Origin: Actinomycetota bacterium
GTDB lineage: Bacteria > Actinomycetota > Acidimicrobiia > Acidimicrobiales > Aldehydirespiratoraceae
DNA: 60,593 nucleotides
Reading direction: 5' to 3'
NCBI GenBank assembly: GCA_039188975.1
Contig: JBCCYT010000006.1
Location: 1 to 60,593 of the forward strand
Part shown: piece by piece, positions 36,799 to 46,163 of the stretch
Layout of the letters: every line of letters starts with the position of its first letter
Position numbering within the stretch: the first letter of the stretch is position 1
Position numbers and translations under genes: made by a program
The notes under the pieces: generated by a model
Told to the model about the DNA's origin: nothing
The model's input: only the letters and a program-made list of their open reading frames with translations
Databases searched by the model: none

Positions 36799-38058
36799 AT
36801 GGCAAGTCTCGCAGCCGAGCTTCGTGTCGACGTCGATCGACTCACCAGCCGGCTTGCCGCGCTTGCGGAGATCGGCGCAATCGAGGGCACGGAGGGGTGC
36901 GCCCGGCTGGCGTTGACCGACGAAGACAAGGCCGGACGCGATCTCGTCGTCTCCTGGATGCGCGATCTGGGGCTTGCGGTGAGCATCGACGGCATCGGCA
37001 ACGTCGTTGCGGTGATGAGCGGTGAAGCCGCCGGCGCTCCGGTCATGACGGGATCTCACATCGACACCGTCCGAACCGGTGGCCGCTACGACGGCAACCT
37101 CGGCGTACTCGCCGGTCTCGAGATCATCGAGTGCCTGCAGCAGGCCGACATCACGCCTCCCCGAGACCTGGCCGTTGCGTTCTTCACCGACGAAGAAGGC
37201 GCCCGGTTCCCACCCGACATGTTGGGCAGCTTGGTGTACGTCGGTGGGATGAGCGTCGAGGAGGCCCACGCGATCGAAGGCATCGATGGGGCGATCCTCG
37301 GCACTGAGCTCGACCGCATCGGCTACCTGGGCAGCGCGCCACTGCCCGCGCAACCTCCCCATGCGTTCGTCGAACTTCACATCGAACAGGGCCCTGTCCT
37401 CGAGGCCGAAGCCATCACGATCGGCGCAGTCACCGGCGTCCAGGGCATCAGTTGGACGGAAGTGTCGGTCAACGGTCAGTCGAACCATGCGGGGACGACC
37501 CCGATGGCGCTCCGCAAGGACCCGGGCGTCGTCGCCTTTCGCACCGCAGCCTTCGTCCGAGAGCTCGCCACCGAGCTGGGCGCACCGCAAGTCGCGACGG
37601 TTGGGCGGATGGAGCTGCATCCGAACCTCGTCAACGTCGTTCCGGCGACGGCACGCTTCACCATCGATCTCCGCCACACCGACAACGACGTCCTGGTCGA
37701 TGCAGAGGAGCGCACGATCGCGTTCCTTCGTGAGGCAGCCGCTGACGAGGGCTGCACGTTCGAAACGCGGCGCCTCGCCCGGTTCGACCCCGTGGTCTTC
37801 GACGAACGTGTCGTCGAATCGGTCGAACACGCTGCGCTCACCCACGGCCTGACGGTTCGACGGATGCCGTCCGGGGCCGGCCACGATGCGCAAATGCTGG
37901 CGCGGGTCTGCCCAACGGGGATGGTCTTCGTACCCAGCGTGAACGGCCTCAGCCACAACCCGGCCGAGTACACCGCCGCGGCCGACCTCGCGGCCGGTGC
38001 CAATGTGTTGATGCAGGTCATGCTCGACCTCGCTGCCGATCGGCCCCCACCCGCTTGA
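36799..38058 (+). CDS. Zn-dependent amidohydrolase, allantoate amidohydrolase / N-carbamoyl-L-amino acid hydrolase / beta-ureidopropionase family
   Basis: GSHIDTV, GGRYDG, DEEGARF, ELHIEQGP, NHAGTTPM, SGAGHDA and SHNP motifs. Confidence 0.92.
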   Translation: MASLAAELRVDVDRLTSRLAALAEIGAIEGTEGCARLALTDEDKAGRDLVVSWMRDLGLAVSIDGIGNVVAVMSGEAAGAPVMTGSHIDTVRTGGRYDGNLGVLAGLEIIECLQQADITPPRDLAVAFFTDEEGARFPPDMLGSLVYVGGMSVEEAHAIEGIDGAILGTELDRIGYLGSAPLPAQPPHAFVELHIEQGPVLEAEAITIGAVTGVQGISWTEVSVNGQSNHAGTTPMALRKDPGVVAFRTAAFVRELATELGAPQVATVGRMELHPNLVNVVPATARFTIDLRHTDNDVLVDAEERTIAFLREAAADEGCTFETRRLARFDPVVFDERVVESVEHAALTHGLTVRRMPSGAGHDAQMLARVCPTGMVFVPSVNGLSHNPAEYTAAADLAAGANVLMQVMLDLAADRPPPA

Positions 38059-38071
38059 TGGACATGAACCC

Positions 38072-39097
38072 ATGACGCACGAGATCGACCTGACCACACC
38101 GGACAAGGATGCTGCCGCCGACGGGGCTCACAACGCCCCTCCGCCTCGGGTGCTGCGAGTGTCGGCCGCCCAGCTCGGACCGATCGGGCGTCACGAACCG
38201 CGCGAGTCGGTCGTCGACCGACTGATCCGGCTGCTCGAGAAAGCCCACAGCGAGGGTTCGGAACTCGTGGCGTTCCCCGAGCTCGCACTGACGACGTTCT
38301 TTCCTCGGTGGTACGTCGAAGGGGAGCCTGATCTCGACCTCGATTCGTTCTACGAACGGTCGATGCCCAACAAAGTCACCCAACGCCTCTTCGATCGGGC
38401 CGCGCAACTACGCATTGGCATGTCGCTCGGCTACGCCGAACTCACCCCGACCGGCAAACGGTTCAACACCCAGATCCTGGTGGAGCGAGACGGCTCACTC
38501 GTCGGCTGGTACCGAAAGGTGCACCTGCCGGGGCACCGCGAGCACGAACCATGGCGTGAGTTCCAGCACCTCGAACGCCGCTACTTCGACCCGGGCGATT
38601 CCTTCGACACGTGGTCGTGCTTCGGAGGCGTCGTCGGGTTGGCCACCTGCAACGATCGACGGTGGCCCGAGACGTATCGGGTCCTCGCCCTCAAGGGCGC
38701 CGAGCTGATCCTGATCGGCTACAACACGCCGAAGCACTACGCCCCCGATCCGAGCCAGAACCCCCTCCAGGGATTCCACCACCGCTTGGTGATGCAAGCC
38801 GGGGCGTACCAGAACGGCTGCTACGTCATCGGTGTGGGCAAAGGCGGCGTCGAGGAAGGCGTTCCGTCGTTGGCCGAGAGCTGCATCATCGCGCCCAGCG
38901 GCCAGATCATCCTCGACTGCCGCACCGAAGCTGACGAGGTCATCACGGCCGAGATCGACCTGAGCCTCACCACCAAATACAAAGAGACACTCTTCGACTT
39001 CGATCGCTATCGCCGCCCGGAGGTCTACGGGCCGATCACCGAACAAAAAGGCGCCATTCCTCCCCCGCCCCCATTCCAGGAGCCGTACCTTGGCTGA
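38072..39097 (+). CDS. N-carbamoyl-D-amino acid hydrolase (nitrilase superfamily)
   Basis: FPELALTTFFPRW, YRKVHLPGH, QHLERRYF, CNDRRWPE, GYNTP and GAYQN motifs. Confidence 0.88.
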   Translation: MTHEIDLTTPDKDAAADGAHNAPPPRVLRVSAAQLGPIGRHEPRESVVDRLIRLLEKAHSEGSELVAFPELALTTFFPRWYVEGEPDLDLDSFYERSMPNKVTQRLFDRAAQLRIGMSLGYAELTPTGKRFNTQILVERDGSLVGWYRKVHLPGHREHEPWREFQHLERRYFDPGDSFDTWSCFGGVVGLATCNDRRWPETYRVLALKGAELILIGYNTPKHYAPDPSQNPLQGFHHRLVMQAGAYQNGCYVIGVGKGGVEEGVPSLAESCIIAPSGQIILDCRTEADEVITAEIDLSLTTKYKETLFDFDRYRRPEVYGPITEQKGAIPPPPPFQEPYLG

Positions 39098-41681
39098 CTT
39101 CACCGTCAACGGCGCCGCCGTCTCGGTCGGCGATCACCATGATCATCTGCTCGCCGCATTGCGCGACGAACTGCAGATCACGTCACCCAAGGATGGGTGC
39201 TCCCCGTCGGGACAGTGCGGTTGCTGCACGATCATCATCGACGGCAAAGCGCGAGTGTCGTGCCAGATTCCGCTGCGCAAGGCCGAGGGGAAACAGATCA
39301 CGACCCTCGAAGGGGTGAGCGAACGAGAACGGGACCGGATCGCCGCCTCCTTCGCAGCGCACGGTGCGCTGCAGTGCGGCTTCTGCACCCCGGGGATCGT
39401 GATGCGCACGATCTCGTTGCTGGGGCGTGACGAGCCGCTGACCCGGGAGGACGCCACCCGTCATCTCGGCGGCCATCTTTGCCGGTGCACCGGCTATGTG
39501 AAGATCCTCGATGCGATCGAGTCGCTCGGTCGCGGTGAAACACCGGTAGCGATTCGCGATGGCGGCGTCGGTGGTCGCGGCGTCAAATACGAGGGCGAAG
39601 CGCTGACGCTCGGCGATCGTGAGTTCATCGACGACATGCACCCCGACGGCTGCCTGCACGGCGCCGTCACGCTCACCGAGCACGCCCGAGCCGACATCGT
39701 GGCGATCGATCTCACTCCCGCCTTGCGTATGCCCGGCGTGGTCACCGTGCTCACCGCCGACGATGTTCCGATGGAGCTGCGCAGTGGGCTGATCCACAAG
39801 GACTGGCCGATCTTCATTCCGGTCGGGGGACGAACCTCCTACCTCGGCGATGTCGTGGCGCTCGTCGTCGCCGAGACCCGTGCGCAAGCTCGGGCCGCAG
39901 CCCTCGCCGTCGATGTCACCTACGACGTCCACCGGCCGTTGACCAACCCGATCGAGGCGCTCGCGTCCCATGAGGATGCCGTGTGGACCCTCGACGGGAA
40001 CGAACTCAGCCGCTCGGCGTACGCCCGCGGTGACGTCGACGAGGCGCTCGCGCGCTCGGCCCATGTCGTCCAGCAGACGTTCCAAACCCAGCGGGTAGAG
40101 CACGCATTCATCGAGCCCGAGTCGACCCTGGCCGTGCCGACCGTCGACGACGAGGGTTTCACGACCTCGTTGTATGTGTATTCGGGTGGGCAGGGGGTCT
40201 GGGACGACCGCAACGACATCGCCCGCCAGCTCGGGGTTCCGACCGATCTCATCACGGTCGAGCTCGTCTCCAACGGTGGCGCGTTCGGCGGCAAAGAAGA
40301 CATGTCGAACCAGGGCCAAACGGCGCTTGCTGCGTGGCTGATGGGTCGACCGGTGAAGACGACGTTCTCGCGCAAAGAATCGCTGCTGGTTCACGCCAAA
40401 CGTCATCCGATCCGCATGGAGTACGAGGTCGGCTGCGATGCAGACGGCAAGCTGCTGGCGGTCCGGTCTCGGATGATCGGTGACTCCGGCCCCTACGCAT
40501 CGGTGGGCATGAAGGTGCTCGAGCGGGCAGCCGGTCACGCGAGCGGTCCCTATGTCACCGAGACCATCGACATCGAGGCGGTTGCGGTCCGCACCAACAA
40601 CTCGGTCTGTGGCGCGTTCCGCGGGTTTGGTGCCAATCAGGCACAGTTCGCGATGGAGGGGATGATGGACCGTCTCGCCGAGATGGTCGGCATCTCAGGC
40701 TGGGAGATCCGCAACCGCAACGTGATCGAGCCGGGCGTGGTTTGGGGCCCGGGCCAGATCATGGACGACGGTTGCCGCGGCGCTCGAGCGTGTCTCGACG
40801 CGGTGAAGCCCGCGTGGGACGCCGCGATTGCTTCAGGACGGCCAGTGGGGATCGGGCTGGGCTTGAAGAACTCGGGACTTGGCAACGGCGCCAACGAGGT
40901 GAGCCGGTCGACGGTTCGCTTCGACCCCGACGGCACCATCGAGGTCCGGCACTGCTGGACGGAGATGGGGCAGGGCATCCACACGGTCGCCCGCCAGGTC
41001 GCGGTCGAAGAACTCCGCGTCGATCCGGACCGCATCAGGGTGGTGGTCGACACGAGCCGCGAGCTCGGTGCGGGACAAACGACCGGCTCTCGGGGCACCG
41101 TGATGGGTGCCGGTTCAGTTGCCGACGCATGCCGCAACGCGGTTGCCGATGGCTGCAAAGCGGGCGTCGAGTACGAAGGCGTCTACGTCGTCGACTGGAC
41201 CAACTCGATCAACGACGATGTCGAGAATCCGATCATCCATTCGACGTTCGGGTATGCCGCTCAGCTCGTGGAACTCGATCCCGACAGTGGCGAGATCGCG
41301 CAGGTCGTTGCGGCCCACGATGTCGGACGGGCCGTGAACCCGCTGCTGTGCGAAGGTCAGATCGAGGGTGCGGTCCACATGGGGCTGGGCTACGCACTCA
41401 CCGAGGGCTTCCCGTGCGATGAGAACGGCAAACCCCTCAACGACACGCTCCGCGGGCTCGACATCATCCGACCCAAGGACATGCCGCCGACCGAGGTCAT
41501 CCTGGTCGAATCACCCGATCCGAACTCGCCCTACGGCATCAAGGGCGTCGGCGAGATCGGGCTCGTCCCAACCGCTGGAGCGGTTGCCGGGGCGCTGCAC
41601 GCCCATGACGGCCAGTGGCGCAACGAACTCCCGATGCGCACCGAGCGAAACCAGGAGCGAGCTGCCGCCTGGCAGGGATAG
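39090..41681 (+). CDS. Xanthine dehydrogenase-family molybdoenzyme with fused [2Fe-2S] domain (resembles selenium-dependent Xdh)
   Basis: TTG start; GCSPSGQCGCC, QCGFCTPG, CRCTGY, GGAFGGKED, AFRGFGANQ, GQTTGSR and KGVGEIG motifs; no FAD domain. Confidence 0.88.
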   Translation: MADFTVNGAAVSVGDHHDHLLAALRDELQITSPKDGCSPSGQCGCCTIIIDGKARVSCQIPLRKAEGKQITTLEGVSERERDRIAASFAAHGALQCGFCTPGIVMRTISLLGRDEPLTREDATRHLGGHLCRCTGYVKILDAIESLGRGETPVAIRDGGVGGRGVKYEGEALTLGDREFIDDMHPDGCLHGAVTLTEHARADIVAIDLTPALRMPGVVTVLTADDVPMELRSGLIHKDWPIFIPVGGRTSYLGDVVALVVAETRAQARAAALAVDVTYDVHRPLTNPIEALASHEDAVWTLDGNELSRSAYARGDVDEALARSAHVVQQTFQTQRVEHAFIEPESTLAVPTVDDEGFTTSLYVYSGGQGVWDDRNDIARQLGVPTDLITVELVSNGGAFGGKEDMSNQGQTALAAWLMGRPVKTTFSRKESLLVHAKRHPIRMEYEVGCDADGKLLAVRSRMIGDSGPYASVGMKVLERAAGHASGPYVTETIDIEAVAVRTNNSVCGAFRGFGANQAQFAMEGMMDRLAEMVGISGWEIRNRNVIEPGVVWGPGQIMDDGCRGARACLDAVKPAWDAAIASGRPVGIGLGLKNSGLGNGANEVSRSTVRFDPDGTIEVRHCWTEMGQGIHTVARQVAVEELRVDPDRIRVVVDTSRELGAGQTTGSRGTVMGAGSVADACRNAVADGCKAGVEYEGVYVVDWTNSINDDVENPIIHSTFGYAAQLVELDPDSGEIAQVVAAHDVGRAVNPLLCEGQIEGAVHMGLGYALTEGFPCDENGKPLNDTLRGLDIIRPKDMPPTEVILVESPDPNSPYGIKGVGEIGLVPTAGAVAGALHAHDGQWRNELPMRTERNQERAAAWQG

Positions 41682-41722
41682 CGGTACCCCGGGGGTCGCA
41701 GCTCCCCCGAGGTACCGACGAA
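41682..41722. repeat. REP-like hairpin copy 1 (CGGTACC-C-CGGGGG-TCGCAGCT-CCCCCG-A-GGTACCG-ACGAA)
   Basis: Inverted arms read directly; sits between convergent genes, so it may also act as a terminator. Confidence 0.85.
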
Positions 41723-41732
41723 TGTGGGTGGA

Positions 41733-42611
41733 TCAGCCCGCGGCGCCGAGGACCGCCTCGACCAGCGACGGCGGCACCAGGAGGCCGGCGATCACGTGGG
41801 CGATCCCGTTGGCGGCCATGAGGTCAGCGGTCGCAACCGTGGCCTGGCCGCCGTTGAGGACGACGGTGTCACCGTCGACGGTGACCATGATCGACTCGCC
41901 CTGAACCGTGACGAGTTCGCCGGCCGCGATGACCGCTTCGGCGTTGAACTCGCCCTCGACCGCGTGGTAGGCGAGCACGGCGTCGAGGGCCTCGAAGTCC
42001 GATGTCAGCACGCCGAGCACGGCAGGATCGATGCCCGCAACCGATGCATCGTCGGGAAGGAACACCGTGACCGGGCCCTCGCCGTTGATCGCCCCATCAA
42101 GACCGGGCGAGAACGATGCGTATTGACCGATCTGGGTGGAGCCACCGGCGACCGCTGCGGCCAGCACGTTCTCGGGCGGACCATCTTCAGCTGCCGTTTC
42201 CTCTTCGACGGCCTCTTCTTCGACGGCGGCTTCCTCAGCAACCTCTTCTTCGGCCATCTCCGAAGCGGACGCGGAAGCTGACGATTCCTCTTCGGCCATC
42301 TCCGACGCAGAGGCGGAGTCCGATGCGTCTTCCTCAGCCATGTCGGCATCGGCCGTCTCGTCGTCGTGATCGTGATCTTCGTCGTCGTGATCGTGTTCCT
42401 CTTCGGCCATCTCCGAAGCGGACGCAGAGGCAGATGCAGAGGCTGAGGCAGATGCAGACGCCGAGTCGGACGCTGACGCGGAGTCTGACGCCGACGCGCT
42501 TGCGCCGGCCTCGGTTTCGCTGTCGTCGTCACCGCACGAGGCGGCAAAGAGGGCGAGGGCCGCAATCAACGCAACGGCGACGCGGCGGGTGGGAGACGTG
42601 TGCAGTGGCAT
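41733..42611 (-). CDS. Fasciclin (FAS1) domain lipoprotein with Ser/Ala, His/Asp and Glu-rich low-complexity stalk
   Basis: Lipobox FAASC; (SA)n; HDHDDEDHDHDD; FAS1 motifs TVFLPDD, LAYHAV and ANGIAHVI. Confidence 0.85.
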   Translation of the reverse strand: MPLHTSPTRRVAVALIAALALFAASCGDDDSETEAGASASASDSASASDSASASASASASASASASEMAEEEHDHDDEDHDHDDETADADMAEEDASDSASASEMAEEESSASASASEMAEEEVAEEAAVEEEAVEEETAAEDGPPENVLAAAVAGGSTQIGQYASFSPGLDGAINGEGPVTVFLPDDASVAGIDPAVLGVLTSDFEALDAVLAYHAVEGEFNAEAVIAAGELVTVQGESIMVTVDGDTVVLNGGQATVATADLMAANGIAHVIAGLLVPPSLVEAVLGAAG

Positions 42612-42639
42612 GGGGCGAGAAGCTATCCAGCTCCCCTCC

Positions 42640-42655
42640 GTAAGGCAACCCTTAC
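42640..42655. promoter_or_regulatory. 16-bp palindrome GTAAGGCAACCCTTAC, copy 1 (DtxR/IdeR-like operator candidate)
   Basis: Perfect 6-bp arms, 28 nt upstream of the fasciclin ATG; identical copy at 42847. Confidence 0.55.
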
Positions 42656-42696
42656 GACGAGCACCCCGCGGTCGCCGAACGGGCCCAAAACGCGTT

Positions 42697-42728
42697 CGTG
42701 CCCCCGGGTCGCAGCTCCCAGGGGCACG
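42697..42728. repeat. REP-like hairpin copy 2 (CGTGCCCC-C-GGG-TCGCAGCT-CCC-A-GGGGCACG)
   Basis: Same loop and C.A mismatch as the other copies, different stem sequence. Confidence 0.8.
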
Positions 42729-42763
42729 TACGCTGTCTTTCCGGTCGGAGAGACCAGAGTCAG

Positions 42764-42804
42764 CGGCACCCCGGGGGTCGCAGCTCCCCCGAGGTGCCGA
42801 CGAA
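42764..42804. repeat. REP-like hairpin copy 3 (CGGCACC-C-CGGGGG-TCGCAGCT-CCCCCG-A-GGTGCCG-ACGAA)
   Basis: Identical to copy 1 apart from one compensatory T-A to C-G pair. Confidence 0.85.
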
Positions 42805-42846
42805 CTATTCGCCATCGGCTTGGGGCAAGGTACACAATCAGGCGTT

Positions 42847-42862
42847 GTAAGGCAACCCTTAC
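42847..42862. promoter_or_regulatory. 16-bp palindrome GTAAGGCAACCCTTAC, copy 2
   Basis: Exact repeat of 42640-42655. Confidence 0.55.
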
Positions 42863-42943
42863 TTCTGAGAATCTTGGTGTCGGAGTTCGTGCTCGCCGGG
42901 CGGCGTCGGCGCGCCTCGAACCGAGACGTGGGACACTTCCTCC

Positions 42944-43972
42944 ATGACGGTGTCAACGCCCGGCTTGGTGTGTGCCCATCACCACCTCTACAGCTCGCTC
43001 GCACGGGGCATGCCGGCGCCACCACGAACACCCACTGATTTCCAGGAGATCTTGGACCTCGTGTGGTGGCGCCTCGACCTCGCACTCGATCTCGAAGCAA
43101 TCGAGTGGTCGGCCAAACTGGGAGCACTCGAAGCGCTCGAACGAGGCACCACGGCGATCATCGACCATCACGAATCCCCGAACGCCATCGAAGGTTCGCT
43201 GTCGGCGATCGCCGACGCCTGCCAAGAGGTCGGGGTCCGAGTGTCGTGCAGCTACGGCGTCACCGACCGCCACGGATCCGAAGGTGCCGCAGCGGGTCTG
43301 GCGGAAAACGATCGGTTTCTCGGGGATGGCGAAAACGAGGGTTACGTCGGCCTTCATGCCGCCTTCACCTGCTCCGACGACACGATCGCCGCCGCCGCCG
43401 AACTCGCCCGCAAACACGACGTCGGGGTCCATGTTCATGTGGCAGAAGGCGACGGCGACACGTGGCAACGCCTGGTCGAGTACAGCGACGACGACTGGCT
43501 GATCGTGCATGGCGTGCACCTTCCTGATGATCATGGCGTGCGAGGCACGCTGATTCACAACCCCCGTTCGAACATGAACAACTCAGTTGGGTACGCGCGA
43601 CCGGGTCGTTTCGACCAACCCGTCGGTTTGGGAACCGACGGCATCGGCGCGGACATGCTCGAAGAGTTCAGACTCGCCTATGTCGCCGCCCGGGCGCACG
43701 ACGTGACCGCAACGCCAGACCTCGCCTGGTCGTGGCTCGAGACCGGGTGGGACCTGATGCCTGCCGCGCTCGACGACCGGGTCTACTGGGCGGTCGATTC
43801 GAAGAACCCGTGGCATCTTGCCTTCACCCCCGGCACCTCACCGCTCGAAGTCGAGGTCGACGGCGAGGTGATCTGGGATGGTGAGCCAACCCTCGTAGAC
43901 GGCGATGAGATCCGGGCGAAAGCCGCCGAAGCAGCAGCCACACTCCACCGCCGTCTCGCCGAGCTCGAGTGA
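42944..43972 (+). CDS. SsnA-like amidohydrolase (short form)
   Basis: [52 protein letters not shown] and LGTDG motifs. Confidence 0.8.
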   Translation: MTVSTPGLVCAHHHLYSSLARGMPAPPRTPTDFQEILDLVWWRLDLALDLEAIEWSAKLGALEALERGTTAIIDHHESPNAIEGSLSAIADACQEVGVRVSCSYGVTDRHGSEGAAAGLAENDRFLGDGENEGYVGLHAAFTCSDDTIAAAAELARKHDVGVHVHVAEGDGDTWQRLVEYSDDDWLIVHGVHLPDDHGVRGTLIHNPRSNMNNSVGYARPGRFDQPVGLGTDGIGADMLEEFRLAYVAARAHDVTATPDLAWSWLETGWDLMPAALDDRVYWAVDSKNPWHLAFTPGTSPLEVEVDGEVIWDGEPTLVDGDEIRAKAAEAAATLHRRLAELE

Positions 43973-44706
43973 TCTCCTACGACGACGACCTACGGGATCG
44001 GCTGCGCACCAATCTCGCCGCGTTCGCCCCTCGGGATCACCCCCTCGAAGGCCGTCGGCATGCCGCCGTCAGCGTCGTCGTCATCGACTCCGATGCCGAG
44101 GAGCACGGCATCGATGCCGCCTGGTGGGCACTGCCCGAGGATGAGCGAGGGACACGGCTCGACCTGGTGCCGGGCCTCCCCCCAGACCATGGCCTGAGCG
44201 GGTCGATCGACGGCACGGCCGGGGGGGCTGCGTTCCTTCTCACTCGCCGAGCTCAGAAGATGAGCGCCCATCCCGGCCAATGGGCGTTCCCGGGTGGACG
44301 GATCGACGACGGCGAGACCCCGGAGGAGGCAGCTCGGCGCGAAGTCGAAGAAGAAGTAGGTCTTCACGATCTCGTCTTGCTCGGACGGCTCGACGACTAC
44401 CCGACCCGATCCGGATATGTGATCCGGCCGTTCGTCTTCTGGGCCGGAGACTCGGCATCGCCGATTGCCAACCCGGCCGAGGTTGCATCGATCCACCGCA
44501 TTGCGATCACCGAGTTGCTTCGCCCTGATTCACCGACGTTCGTCGAGATCCCCGAATCAGACCGACCCGTCATCCAGGTCCCGGTTGGGCAGGACCTCAT
44601 TCATGCGCCGACCGGCGCCGTCATGTACCAATTTCGCGCCGTTGCGTACGAGGGCCGTGATGAACGAGTCGATCACTACGATCAGCCAGTGTTCGCCTGG
44701 CGCTGA
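43969..44706 (+). CDS. Nudix hydrolase, CoA pyrophosphatase-like
   Basis: [14 protein letters not shown], Nudix box [16 protein letters not shown], and NPAEV. Confidence 0.9.
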   Translation: MISYDDDLRDRLRTNLAAFAPRDHPLEGRRHAAVSVVVIDSDAEEHGIDAAWWALPEDERGTRLDLVPGLPPDHGLSGSIDGTAGGAAFLLTRRAQKMSAHPGQWAFPGGRIDDGETPEEAARREVEEEVGLHDLVLLGRLDDYPTRSGYVIRPFVFWAGDSASPIANPAEVASIHRIAITELLRPDSPTFVEIPESDRPVIQVPVGQDLIHAPTGAVMYQFRAVAYEGRDERVDHYDQPVFAWR

Positions 44707-44731
44707 GTATCACGTATGGGCTGCACCGTTT

Positions 44732-45736
44732 TCACAGCCGGTAGACCCGGTTGGCAGTGCCGCTGAACATCGCCGTTTGCTCATCGTCGGCGTACGCCGC
44801 GACGAGCTTCTGGAACATGTTCCACACCACCGAGGCAGGTGCGGAGAGTTTGTCGACCGGGAAGTTGCTTTCGAACATGCACCGGTCCGGACCGAAACAC
44901 TCGATGGTGTGCTCGTACCACCGTCGTTGATCGAAGAGGAGATCGTCGCTGGACGGGGGCCGATCGGCGCGGTGGTACCCGAACCCGTTGTCGGGCATCG
45001 CAAGCCCACCGAGCTTGGCGACGGTGTTCTCACACGCGGCGATCGCAGCGATGTCGTCACGCCACCGCTCGAAGATCTCATCGTGACGGCCTTCGAACCG
45101 GCCGACCCCGAGCGGAGTGCCGAAGTGATCGAGCACCATCGTTGTGCCGGGGCACGCTCGTGCGAGATCGAGAAATTCGTGATTCTGGTGGTGGTAGTGC
45201 CACGAGTCGTAGGTGAAACCCCGCTCACCGAGACGCGAGACGCCAGCCCGAAAGTCGGTATCCGCGAACAGGCCTTCTGGCGCGCCACCCGGGATCGACA
45301 GCTGGTCGGGTTCAAGCGCTCGAGACAACGCATGCCGAATGCCTCGAAAGAGGCCGTCGCTGGCCGCGTCGTGGGCATCGAGGGCTTCATCGAGTCGCGA
45401 AGATCGAAGGTCGGTGTGCGCAACGATTCCACCGATCGGCGCGGCGTCGAGATGTCGCGTTCGCAGATCAGCGGCTGCGGCCGCAACGAACCGAGTTTCG
45501 CCAACCGACTGCACCAGGGGATCGGCGTCTCGGTCATAGGCCGCGCCACACTCGACGAACACCGTTTTGACGATGTTGTGACCGGCCCCGGTGTCGCCGA
45601 CGAGGTCGTCGACGCCATAGGCAAGGCCGTGGCCCGTGGGCCAGAGGTGGTGGTGAGGGTCAACGATCGGTCGATGGGGATCGACAGGAGCTTCCGCTCG
45701 TGTTGCTAACCAGTCCAGGGGCAACGGCCGACTCAT
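44732..45736 (-). CDS. Amidohydrolase_2 family protein (lactonase-like)
   Basis: DPHHHLW, RGIRH, LDHFG, KLGG and FESNFPVD motifs. Confidence 0.9.
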   Translation of the reverse strand: MSRPLPLDWLATRAEAPVDPHRPIVDPHHHLWPTGHGLAYGVDDLVGDTGAGHNIVKTVFVECGAAYDRDADPLVQSVGETRFVAAAAADLRTRHLDAAPIGGIVAHTDLRSSRLDEALDAHDAASDGLFRGIRHALSRALEPDQLSIPGGAPEGLFADTDFRAGVSRLGERGFTYDSWHYHHQNHEFLDLARACPGTTMVLDHFGTPLGVGRFEGRHDEIFERWRDDIAAIAACENTVAKLGGLAMPDNGFGYHRADRPPSSDDLLFDQRRWYEHTIECFGPDRCMFESNFPVDKLSAPASVVWNMFQKLVAAYADDEQTAMFSGTANRVYRL

Positions 45737-45794
45737 GACCCGATCGTGACACGGGCCCGCCGGTGAGACGAGCCCGATCTGGCCACCGAACGAA

Positions 45795-46151
45795 TCAGAC
45801 GCCGGCGAAGAGGGTGCGCTCGACCTCGTTGGCGAGCAGCGTCTGCTGCGCCTCGGTCAGTTCGACTCGAGCAAAACCGACCCATGGAAGCGACGCGTCG
45901 TTCGCCATGTCCCAGACCCGCTGGAGTCGATCACTCCCACCAGGCCAGGCCGAGATGGGCCGACCGCTGTGGATCAACGCTCGTGCCATCAACAGATCGT
46001 CGAGGAGCGCAATGCCGGCGGGCGTGAGGCCCGGCACCCCTTCGTCGGGCCACACGAGGCAACCCTTCAGCGCTTCATAGGTCGGCGCGGCATCCGCGCT
46101 GGGTGTCGCCGCCTCGAAACAGGCCCAGTCTTCTTCGGTGATCCACGTCAT
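45795..46151 (-). CDS. Hypothetical protein (118 aa)
   Basis: Plausible composition; fills the gap between co-oriented genes; no motif recognised. Confidence 0.6.
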   Translation of the reverse strand: MTWITEEDWACFEAATPSADAAPTYEALKGCLVWPDEGVPGLTPAGIALLDDLLMARALIHSGRPISAWPGGSDRLQRVWDMANDASLPWVGFARVELTEAQQTLLANEVERTLFAGV

Positions 46152-46163
46152 GGGTTCCCGTCG

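Noticed and set aside
39090-41681. Selenocysteine recoding in the Se-type Xdh
   Set aside because: No in-frame TGA; the ORF ends at TAG. This class uses a labile selenium cofactor, and selenium dependence itself is unproven here.
41682-42862. Hairpin and palindrome repeats as a CRISPR array
   Set aside because: Spacing is irregular, there are only 2-3 copies, there are no uniform spacers, and no cas genes are present.
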